Positions 16,727 through 24,754 of a stretch of 64,000 bases of DNA are shown here, in pieces. Position 1 is the stretch's first letter, and each line of letters begins with the position of its first letter. The position numbers were made by a program, and so were the translations under genes. The stretch is from an uncultured Alphaproteobacteria bacterium (lineage in GTDB: Bacteria > Pseudomonadota > Alphaproteobacteria > HIMB59 > GCA-002718135), in the NCBI GenBank assembly GCA_902541435.1, contig CACBQR010000001.1, positions 58,240-122,239 on the forward strand. Reading direction: 5' to 3'. A model generated the notes under the pieces. It saw only the letters and a list, made by a program, of their open reading frames with translations, did not search any database and was not told the DNA's origin.

Positions 16727-19717
16727 TTAATTTACACCAACAATTGTATAGGGTGACCAGTAAAAAGGATGAGAATAATTGTTATCTTGTAATAGTTGAA
16801 TCTGTGACATTTTAAGTTTTTCAAAAAAGTTTTTAGCATTATTTTTAAAAAATTCTGTAGTGATCAATTCAGCCGAGTTAGTTTCCACTGCCCATTTAGT
16901 TGTGAGCATATTTTTTGATCCAGAGTAAAAAAATGATCTAGTTAAACCTGAATAATAATCACCACTTAGATCAGGAGATGCTGTATTACATGCTGATAAT
17001 ATTAATAAATTTGAATTAAATTTTTGATTTAAAATTTCTGAAGTTGTTAAATATCCATCATTAGAATTGTCTAAATTTTGAGAAAGAACAATTGCAGGCT
17101 CATTTATATTATCAACTTCATTTGCTTTTAATGCATGTGTAGCAAACATCATATATTCACTATCCATGTTCGTTGTATTTATCAGAGTTTCATTAGCTTG
17201 ATTTCCTAATAACAGAACTGTGTCATTATTTTCAAAATTTTCACTAATAAATTTAACTTCACTTTCAGTGTTAGGTAATTGAGTAAAAGTATTATCAAAA
17301 TTTGGATTCCCTACTCCAATAAATTTCTTAGCGTACTCAGTATTTTTAAGATTTTTTAATAAATAAAAAGATTCAATTGAGGGAAGATAACTGAAACCAT
17401 ATTTCTTTATAAGGAAATCTTGTTCAGAAAAATTATCTCCATTTATTTCATTATCTAATAAGCTGGCAAAAGGTATAGAAGAAATAATATCGTCAGAAAT
17501 AACAGTAATTTTATCATCAAATTGAATACTACTTTCAAAAGGCTCAATCAGAATTTTATATAAATCATAGCCAACATTAAATCGGGATATATTACTTCTA
17601 GGTTCTTCTAATAATAATCTTAAATTTTTTATTTTTAATAAAATATCATTTTTTATATTTTTTATTATTCTAAAATCCGTATTCTTTTGATCGACAAAAA
17701 GTATAATTAAATCTTCATTGTAAAAAGTATATAAAAAAATATTTTCATTTACATCAATTGCTTCTTGTATTTTCTCTAATGAATAATTGGTATTATTTAA
17801 TAAAAAATTTAATTCCTGATAATTGTCTTCTAACAGATCATTTATAGCATTTAGTTCATATGAATACTCTTCAATTTTAGACATAATATCTTTTTCTTGT
17901 TCTCTATCGATTTCATCAGCTAACTGTATTTTAGTTAAATCATTTCTTAATCCAGAAATTTGATTTCTTAATGTTTCTTTTTTTTGTAAATTATCAATGA
18001 TTTCTTCATTTTGTATATTACTTTTTACAATCATTTCTCTAATAAAATTAGAAAAATCACTACTATCTAAATATGAAATTAAATTAAATGCTGAGTTAGT
18101 ATTTACATTATTATCATTAATAATTTTTAAATAATTATAAAACCCATCCTTAAAAAATGGGTTTAAAATAACTAAATCATTTAGATTATTCTCCAATACT
18201 ACATTTAATGTTTCTTCATAAATTCTAACAGCTTCATTAATGCGATTATTAAGAAAAAAACATTTAGCTAATAAATTTTTTGATTCTAAAAGATTGATGT
18301 TATCATTTGTTAAATATTTTCTTTTAATCTCAATTGATTCCTCCATTTTTTCAATGCAAGCCTCTTTATTTTTGCTTAGAAAATATTCTTCTGAAAAGAT
18401 TTTTAAAGCTTCAGCATAGTCAATTTCTGAAGTTTTTTTTGAACCATCAAGATATTCTGAAATATATTTATCAATATCTTCATTCAAATATTGTAAGATT
18501 TTTATTTTTATTGGAACATTTCTGAAATGTAATCTTTCGAGCCCAAAAAAAGCATCATAAACATTTTTTTCTGCTAAATTAAAATATGAAATAGATTTTT
18601 GAAAGTCTCCTTTTTCAAAATAATATTTCGATATTTCAAATTGAGCAAAAGAATAATCAGCTAAAAAAACATCTTCAGGATTATTTTTATAATAATTATC
18701 TATTTTAAAAAAAACCTTATACGCTTCATTTTTTTTATTTGCATTTAAAAGTATTCTAGCTTTTTGTGAAAATAATTGCATTAAATAAGAATCTTCTCTT
18801 GCACCAGAATAATTATGAATTCTTAAAGCCTCATCTATCGACTCTATTGCTAAATTATAATTACCAGCACTCTCATATGCTTCAGCCAAAATTCCATAGT
18901 CGTAAGCTAAATTTTGTACATTCTTACCTTCTCTTATTGTTAGAAGGTTGATCACTTCATTTGCATAATCTATTGCTTTTAAATAATCATTGGCGGCATT
19001 GGCATATATCGAAGCCCAATAATAAACAAACTCATTAGGCCGAGTATTATTTATTGACTGATTATTAATATAATCAATTGTATCAATGATTTTTTCAAGA
19101 TCCTGATAATAATTTCCTGAAGAATTTAAATCAATTAATTCAAGCTGAGCATATACATTGCCGCTATCTGCTGATAATTTTAAATGTTTTTGTGCTTTAT
19201 CAAAATCATTTTCAAATACTTCTCCGTATTTATAAAAATAACCTAACTTATAATTTGCACAGCCAATATTGTTATTGCTACCAATAGTTACATATTTTTT
19301 AACTTTTTCAAAATCAACTATATCTTGATCATAATTGTCACCTATTAATCCAAAAAAATATAAATCTGCAGCATCACAAGTGGCCTCATAGTATCCCTTA
19401 TTAATAGATTTTAATAAATATTCCTCTTTGAATTTGATATCTACTTTTTCATTATAGATAACTGCTAAAATATAATATGCTTCCGCTAAATCATTTTGAT
19501 CTATTAGTTTTTTACAATCATTTTCTAAAAAATCTAAATCATAAATTGATACATCAAAACCATCATGCTGATGAGCATTTTTAATTATATTAACTGCATC
19601 CTCGCATTTGAGTTGATTAGCTCTGATATTTTTACTCGATAATAAATTAAGAGTAATTGGTACAAGTAAAATGAAAATAAATGTTTTAATAAAAAATTTT
19701 TTATATTGAACACTCAT
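16727..19717 (-). CDS. Exported Sel1/TPR-repeat protein with C-terminal CHAT (caspase-fold) protease domain
   Basis: Signal-peptide-like N-terminus (FIFILLVPITLNLLSSKNIRA-NQ) and Sel1/TPR helical repeats. The C-terminal CHAT His/Cys dyad contexts are MFATHA and LLILSACNTA. Confidence 0.8.
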   Translation of the reverse strand: MSVQYKKFFIKTFIFILLVPITLNLLSSKNIRANQLKCEDAVNIIKNAHQHDGFDVSIYDLDFLENDCKKLIDQNDLAEAYYILAVIYNEKVDIKFKEEYLLKSINKGYYEATCDAADLYFFGLIGDNYDQDIVDFEKVKKYVTIGSNNNIGCANYKLGYFYKYGEVFENDFDKAQKHLKLSADSGNVYAQLELIDLNSSGNYYQDLEKIIDTIDYINNQSINNTRPNEFVYYWASIYANAANDYLKAIDYANEVINLLTIREGKNVQNLAYDYGILAEAYESAGNYNLAIESIDEALRIHNYSGAREDSYLMQLFSQKARILLNANKKNEAYKVFFKIDNYYKNNPEDVFLADYSFAQFEISKYYFEKGDFQKSISYFNLAEKNVYDAFFGLERLHFRNVPIKIKILQYLNEDIDKYISEYLDGSKKTSEIDYAEALKIFSEEYFLSKNKEACIEKMEESIEIKRKYLTNDNINLLESKNLLAKCFFLNNRINEAVRIYEETLNVVLENNLNDLVILNPFFKDGFYNYLKIINDNNVNTNSAFNLISYLDSSDFSNFIREMIVKSNIQNEEIIDNLQKKETLRNQISGLRNDLTKIQLADEIDREQEKDIMSKIEEYSYELNAINDLLEDNYQELNFLLNNTNYSLEKIQEAIDVNENIFLYTFYNEDLIILFVDQKNTDFRIIKNIKNDILLKIKNLRLLLEEPRSNISRFNVGYDLYKILIEPFESSIQFDDKITVISDDIISSIPFASLLDNEINGDNFSEQDFLIKKYGFSYLPSIESFYLLKNLKNTEYAKKFIGVGNPNFDNTFTQLPNTESEVKFISENFENNDTVLLLGNQANETLINTTNMDSEYMMFATHALKANEVDNINEPAIVLSQNLDNSNDGYLTTSEILNQKFNSNLLILSACNTASPDLSGDYYSGLTRSFFYSGSKNMLTTKWAVETNSAELITTEFFKNNAKNFFEKLKMSQIQLLQDNNYSHPFYWSPYTIVGVN

Positions 19718-19840
19718 AATTAACGTTATTTATACAATGATTTTTTTTTTCATAACTACATTTTTCTCTATTTTTTTTGATTTTTACATAAGTTGTCATT
19801 CAATTAAATATAAAACGACTGAAAAGGTAAATTGTTTTAA

Positions 19841-21421
19841 TTAATGTGGTACAAAAATGAAATCACCTCCATCATGACCTGCTTTAAGTAAAACAGACAT
19901 TTCCGGAACTTGATCAGCATTATTGATGACGTATTTTCTAATATTAGGAAAAAGATCATCACTTAGCACAATGCTATTATTTTCTTTTAGAGTATTTATT
20001 AACGCGTTAGCAAAAACTGAATGATTATTTTCACCGGAGTCTACAGCTGGTTCATCACCGCCAGCAGATGTGATAACCACACGGGTTTTTTTTGATACTA
20101 CTTTGGTAATATCTTTAGTTAGATTTAGTTTCTGTTTACCTCTCATTAAGCTTCCAGAAAAACAGCTATCTGAAATTAAGAGGACATGTTTTGCTTTTGT
20201 AGCTTTAATATTATCAAGAATGTAGGAATTATTGATCCATTTGGATCTTTTGGTTGTGTCTGCATCTATTGGAAGCCAGTACCCTCGCTCTTCATCATTA
20301 TCAAGTTCGCCGTGTCCAGCGTAATAAATTAATAAATTATCAAAGGGTTGCATCTGACTTCTTATTTCAAAGATTGCATCTTTCATTTCATCATGTTTTT
20401 GATCAACTAAAAGAGTCACATTAAAATTATAGTTGTTTTCTAATATCTCAGCAACTTTAGTAGCATCATTAACAGCAGTATTTAGCTTTGGCAGATATTC
20501 GTAATTGTTATTACCAATTACAAGGGCATAATAATTACCAAAATTAATTTCATCTCTAAATGATTCATTCTTATTGCCTTGGACAACAACTGTTTCATTA
20601 TTTAATAAATTTTCATTATATGCGCCTAATTCTTTTAATCGTCCTATCGCATAATCACTACCAAGTTTAGCTGCTTCAGTATAAAATTTAATTGCTTCAT
20701 CTAAATCTTCATCGACACCAAGACCAAATTCGTAATGCCATGCAAGATTACCTAGGGCAAATACTTCATTAGACTCAGCTGCTTTTAATGTCCATTCTAG
20801 ACCTTTCTCGTAATCCATTTCTGTCCCTCTTCCTCCAGCATACATCCATCCAAGGTTTGCTTGTGCAATGACATTATTTAATTCTGCGCCTACTGAATAC
20901 CATTTAAAAGCTTCCTCATAATTAGACTCTGTTCCGATGCCATACATGTTATGATATGCAAATTCAGTTACAGCATAATCATAAAAATTATCATCTTCAC
21001 CTAGTTCCACAGCTATTTTAACCATTTCAAAAGATAATTTTAAATGCTCTGGTAAATTAAATATATCCTCTTCCTGTCTAACAATCTCAGATATTCTTAA
21101 ATACATATAAATAGTATTATGCAAATTATACATTGAATTAGCGTATTCAACTGAAGCAATAATATCTTGATTAGTTCCTATTCCTTTTAATAAAAATTCA
21201 GATGTATTTTCAATTCCTAAATAATCACCTTTATCTGCTAATGCTTTGTAGCACAAAAAAGCTTCAGAAAAATTTTCATCATTATAAAAAGCTACTGCTT
21301 TGTCGTTTAAGAAACCAATTGATTTATCTTCTGTACATATTTGATTAGCTATAAGTTGATTTGAAAATATTAATAAGAATAAAAAAAATAGAATTTTATA
21401 TATTTTTGCACTCACCCACAT
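19841..21421 (-). CDS. Exported Sel1-repeat protein with C-terminal caspase (peptidase C14) domain
   Basis: Signal peptide (LFFLFLLIFSNQLIA-NQ) and Sel1 repeats (AQANLGWMYAGGRGTEMDYEKGLEWTLKAA...). The C14 dyad contexts are LIYYAGHG and LLISDSCFSG. Confidence 0.85.
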   Translation of the reverse strand: MWVSAKIYKILFFLFLLIFSNQLIANQICTEDKSIGFLNDKAVAFYNDENFSEAFLCYKALADKGDYLGIENTSEFLLKGIGTNQDIIASVEYANSMYNLHNTIYMYLRISEIVRQEEDIFNLPEHLKLSFEMVKIAVELGEDDNFYDYAVTEFAYHNMYGIGTESNYEEAFKWYSVGAELNNVIAQANLGWMYAGGRGTEMDYEKGLEWTLKAAESNEVFALGNLAWHYEFGLGVDEDLDEAIKFYTEAAKLGSDYAIGRLKELGAYNENLLNNETVVVQGNKNESFRDEINFGNYYALVIGNNNYEYLPKLNTAVNDATKVAEILENNYNFNVTLLVDQKHDEMKDAIFEIRSQMQPFDNLLIYYAGHGELDNDEERGYWLPIDADTTKRSKWINNSYILDNIKATKAKHVLLISDSCFSGSLMRGKQKLNLTKDITKVVSKKTRVVITSAGGDEPAVDSGENNHSVFANALINTLKENNSIVLSDDLFPNIRKYVINNADQVPEMSVLLKAGHDGGDFIFVPH

Positions 21422-22496
21422 CTTGTTTCTTATTATCGTTTAAATCGATACATTGTTTTTCTGTAACACCATCTTCATTATTATCATAATTATATTGTAA
21501 AACCCATTTACCATTCTTTTTTATCCAGGCTATAATAAGTTCATCTTTTAAATTTTTATTTTCATCATAAAAATATTCATCATAGTAACCATCTTTATTA
21601 TAATCTACATCTTCCCTCTCAAAATAATTATCGCAATCCATATCCCATTTACGAAGTGTATAATTTTCTTTTTCTTCTATTTTTCCTTCATTCGCATACT
21701 TACAATTATTTGAATTAGTTATTTTTGGTATAACTGGTGGATTATTTAAAAATGCTACTACTTCATCTGCCGAAACAGCATAATTAAGACCAGGTGAGTC
21801 AGTTCTTTTGAATGAATTAATTCCAATAATTTTTCCATCATTTGATATTAAAGGGCCTCCAGAATTACCAGGATTTATTGGTGTTTGAGTTTGAACAATA
21901 TTAGCTGTATGTTCATACCATTTATAATTATCTCTTAATTGACTTACAAACCCTCTAGTGTACGTACAGTTTTCTCCCTGTGGATTTCCTATCGCATGCA
22001 CATCATCACCAATTAAAACATTATTCATATCAGTTTCAATCGAATAGGGTTCAACATTATAATTTTTTGATTTAATTTTATTTCTTTCAAGCTTAATCAA
22101 TGCAAGATCTTTTTTAATTATATAACTCACTACTTCAGCTCTAAAAATTGTATCACTTGCGTTTGGATCATATTTTTCACTAGTACAAAAACCTACCATA
22201 ATTAAAGGGCTAACCCCTTCATCATTTGAGATCACATGATAATTAGTTATTATTAATCCATCATTACCAATAAGAGCACCTGATCCACTGCTTGAAGGTG
22301 TTAATATTATTGCTGTTTTTGGGGCATTAGTCTTATATATATTAGATCCAATACTGCGAGTTGTAATATCACTTTCTAAATTACTTTTAATTTCAGATAA
22401 CTCGGTGTGTAATTTTAATTCTAAATAACTAGGTATTTCACCTTGGGCAAAAACACTACTGGATAAAAATATTATAAAAAGTATTAACCTAAACAT
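21396..22496 (-). CDS. Exported trypsin-like serine protease (S1 family) with Asp-rich C-terminal domain
   Basis: Signal peptide (ILFIIFLSSSVFA-QG) and catalytic triad contexts TNYHV, DLALIKL and GNSGGPL. The C-terminus has two DxNxDG calcium-loop-like motifs (DYNKDG, DNNEDG). Overlaps the caspase gene by 26 nt. Confidence 0.85.
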   Translation of the reverse strand: MFRLILFIIFLSSSVFAQGEIPSYLELKLHTELSEIKSNLESDITTRSIGSNIYKTNAPKTAIILTPSSSGSGALIGNDGLIITNYHVISNDEGVSPLIMVGFCTSEKYDPNASDTIFRAEVVSYIIKKDLALIKLERNKIKSKNYNVEPYSIETDMNNVLIGDDVHAIGNPQGENCTYTRGFVSQLRDNYKWYEHTANIVQTQTPINPGNSGGPLISNDGKIIGINSFKRTDSPGLNYAVSADEVVAFLNNPPVIPKITNSNNCKYANEGKIEEKENYTLRKWDMDCDNYFEREDVDYNKDGYYDEYFYDENKNLKDELIIAWIKKNGKWVLQYNYDNNEDGVTEKQCIDLNDNKKQDVGECKNI

Positions 22497-22534
22497 TCTA
22501 ATAATTTAAAATAAATTAAAGTTAAAATAAATAG

Positions 22535-22563
22535 AAAAAGCCACTTTAAAAGTGGCTTTTTTT
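22535..22563 (-). terminator. Intrinsic (bidirectional-looking) terminator after the repeat-peptide gene
   Basis: AAAAAGCCAC-TTTAAAA-GTGGCTTTTTTT: a GC core stem flanked by A and T tracts, 19 nt downstream of the stop at 22582. Confidence 0.6.
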
Positions 22564-22581
22564 GTAAAATTTAATAGAAAA

Positions 22582-22812
22582 TTAATTAAGGTGGAAATCA
22601 TAACCTCCAAAGATGTTTGGTTGTGACCAACCATTAACGTCACCGTGGTAGTTATAACCACCAAAAATATTTGGTTGTGACCAGCCATTTACATCACCGT
22701 GGTAATTATAACCGCCAAAGATGTTTGGTTGTGACCAAGTGTAAGCATTAGCTGAAGATCCAGCAGCTAGAAGTGCCATAGTTAAAGTTATAGTTTTAAT
22801 TAAGTTTTTCAT
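22582..22812 (-). CDS. Exported tandem-repeat peptide (76 aa): signal peptide plus 3 x WSQPNIFGGY(N/D)(Y/F)H... repeats
   Basis: The likely start is the ATG at 22812, preceded by GAAAGGAAAATT; the listed ORF start at 22845 lacks an SD. Signal peptide MKNLIKTITLTMALLAAGSSANA, followed by two identical 18-aa units and one 15-aa variant. Confidence 0.7.
   Translation of the reverse strand: MKNLIKTITLTMALLAAGSSANAYTWSQPNIFGGYNYHGDVNGWSQPNIFGGYNYHGDVNGWSQPNIFGGYDFHLN
22585..22737 (-). repeat. Tandem 54-bp coding repeat (2 full units plus 1 truncated unit)
   Basis: The units encode identical peptides but differ at synonymous sites, e.g. CCA AAC ATC vs CCA AAT ATT for P-N-I. Confidence 0.85.
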
Positions 22813-22889
22813 AATTTTCCTTTCGTAAAGTTTATAAATATTCAAACGCTCCTGTTTTTATTTTGTTTGAGATTAATTAAAAAAAAATG
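22813..22889 (-). promoter_or_regulatory. Conserved 76-nt leader/promoter element, copy 2
   Basis: Near-identical to 16608..16683. It starts right after the upstream terminator T-tract. Confidence 0.6.
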
Positions 22890-22914
22890 CACGGTAAGGA
22901 GGAAAACCGTGCAT
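22879..22914 (-). terminator. Intrinsic terminator downstream of the sigma/anti-sigma operon
   Basis: On the minus strand: ATGCACGG-TTTTCCTCCTTA-CCGTGCAT followed by a T9 run. Confidence 0.65.
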
Positions 22915-22991
22915 TAACATAAGGAGTGAACCATAGCTTTGAGAACGATTAGCTATGATACTTAGTAAAACGTGTAAGGTAAAAAAATGTT

Positions 22992-23765
22992 TTAATTTTT
23001 TGGAAATAGATAAATAAAATTATAATCACTAATAATTTTGTAGTCACCAGTAATATCAATTGGTTCGCTTCCAATCTGTATTTCAATATGATGGAGATCC
23101 CATTTGTTTGAATCTGTGGAGCCACAATAAATATAATAATTATCACTGGTATTTTCTGTTTTATTAGAGATTTTTATTTGTTTTCTATCTAATTCTCGGG
23201 GACACTCTAACTCTTTATTTGAATCTGAACTTCTGGTTTGAGTTAAAGGTACTGAAACAGCAGAATAATTGTTTCTTTCTAGTTTTAATTCAACAGATTG
23301 AACTGTATTTCCTTCCATAAATAAATTTGGATATTCATCAACTAACACTTCTGAAACTTGTAAATACTGATCATTACTCATCATTTTACCCGTTTCTATG
23401 ATTTGTTGATTACCTATAAAAAATATTCCAACCGCAACAGCAAATAACACAGCTTTTGATTGAATAGGTATTACAAGAATAGGTTCAAAAATCTTTGAAA
23501 TAAAATTTTGATTTTTTTCTTTAGTATTTACAGATGTATCAATCTTACTCTGCAAGTCGTCAAATTTTTGACTAAACTTAGAAATTGAATCATCAATTTG
23601 GCTTGTATTAAAATTTTGATCAATGGAATTATCTAAATTTTTAAATTCTGATAATTTTTTTTGAGCATCTTGGTTATCATTAAGATATTGCTCAAATTCT
23701 AATCTTTCTTTTTCATTTAAAAGACCATCAATATAGTCAAAATATGTTGAGTCGCTTATTTTCAT
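22992..23765 (-). CDS. Putative membrane-spanning anti-sigma factor
   Basis: 4-nt overlap with the upstream ECF sigma gene. It has an N-terminal anti-sigma-like helix pattern (YIDGLLNEKERLEFEQYLNDNQDAQKKL), a single TM (AVLFAVAVGIFFIG) and an extracytoplasmic C-terminal domain. Confidence 0.6.
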   Translation of the reverse strand: MKISDSTYFDYIDGLLNEKERLEFEQYLNDNQDAQKKLSEFKNLDNSIDQNFNTSQIDDSISKFSQKFDDLQSKIDTSVNTKEKNQNFISKIFEPILVIPIQSKAVLFAVAVGIFFIGNQQIIETGKMMSNDQYLQVSEVLVDEYPNLFMEGNTVQSVELKLERNNYSAVSVPLTQTRSSDSNKELECPRELDRKQIKISNKTENTSDNYYIYCGSTDSNKWDLHHIEIQIGSEPIDITGDYKIISDYNFIYLFPKN

Positions 23766-24340
23766 AGTTTTATGTTATGTTTTTGACAAATATCATACAT
23801 CTTTAAACGTATAGAAGTCATTTTTGTTCTAATTGTATTAGGATTAATGTTTAATATATCCCCTATTTCTCTAAATTTCTTATTTTTTAAGTAATATAAA
23901 CTTACGATTTCAAAATCTTCCTCAGGCAATTCTTTTTGAAGAATAGCTGTGAGATTAGTATATGAGCCTTCATCTTGACTATTTTCTAATGCTTCATCTG
24001 CTCTTGGTCTATTATCTACTTCAAGAGAGAAATCATCTGTTGTTTGAGTTTTTCGTCGTATTTCTTTTCTTTGGTAATCTATAATAATATTTTTTATAGA
24101 TGTTTTAAAGTACCCCTCTAAAGTACCTTCGCTTAGAATTTTTTTTAAACTTTCAACGTCATTTTCAAATCTATTAAAAAATTTAACTAACATTTCACTA
24201 ACTATATCTTTTGCAATATCTTGAAGATTTTTTGTTTCTGATAATTGAAATTTCACTCTTTTGTACGTAAACCAAATAAGCTCATCTTTAATTTTTTCAA
24301 ATTCCTTACCTACATCTAGATGAAATTTATTAGTATTCAT
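23762..24340 (-). CDS. ECF-type sigma-70 family RNA polymerase sigma factor
   Basis: About 190 aa, with a region-2-like segment and a region-4 HTH (FREIGDILNINPNTIRTKMTSIRLKM). Confidence 0.8.
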   Translation of the reverse strand: MNTNKFHLDVGKEFEKIKDELIWFTYKRVKFQLSETKNLQDIAKDIVSEMLVKFFNRFENDVESLKKILSEGTLEGYFKTSIKNIIIDYQRKEIRRKTQTTDDFSLEVDNRPRADEALENSQDEGSYTNLTAILQKELPEEDFEIVSLYYLKNKKFREIGDILNINPNTIRTKMTSIRLKMYDICQKHNIKL

Positions 24341-24418
24341 AAATTAGGAAATAAATATCAGAAAATATTCAAACAATAAAACATTCTAAGCGTCTTATAG
24401 GCAAAGAAAGGATTTATT

Positions 24419-24694
24419 ATGTTTGTAATTTTTGGAACAACAAGTAGAAAAATTGAAGAAGAAAAAGGTTATTTTGTATGCCCTCAATGTCAGGTTTTAA
24501 GACCTTATGTTTTAGCGAGTATGCAAACTTGGTTTACATTATTTTTTATCCCCCTTTTTCCCGTAGGAGAAAAAAATAATCGACATGTAGAATGCAAAGA
24601 ATGCTCAACAACTTTTTATCCAAGAGTGCTTGATTTCAATCGATATACGGTTGATGGACAAATTCTAGGAGAAGAAAGCCAAGTTACAACATGA
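24419..24694 (+). CDS. Small zinc-ribbon protein with hydrophobic segment
   Basis: CPQC ... CKEC cysteine pairs and a WFTLFFIPLFPV hydrophobic stretch. Confidence 0.55.
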   Translation: MFVIFGTTSRKIEEEKGYFVCPQCQVLRPYVLASMQTWFTLFFIPLFPVGEKNNRHVECKECSTTFYPRVLDFNRYTVDGQILGEESQVTT

Positions 24695-24754
24695 AACTTA
24701 AGATAATCATAAAATTATATTGATTTCACAATATTTGCATGATTATTTGATAGA

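Noticed and set aside
22506-22688. 60-aa ORF overlapping the repeat-peptide gene in another frame
   Set aside because: It is an alternate-frame reading of the tandem repeat, and it runs through the terminator hairpin. The in-frame signal-peptide-bearing product with an SD is far more plausible.
22949-23146. 65-aa minus-strand ORF overlapping the 3' end of the anti-sigma gene
   Set aside because: It is out of frame and overlaps a longer, operon-coupled ORF. It has no SD.
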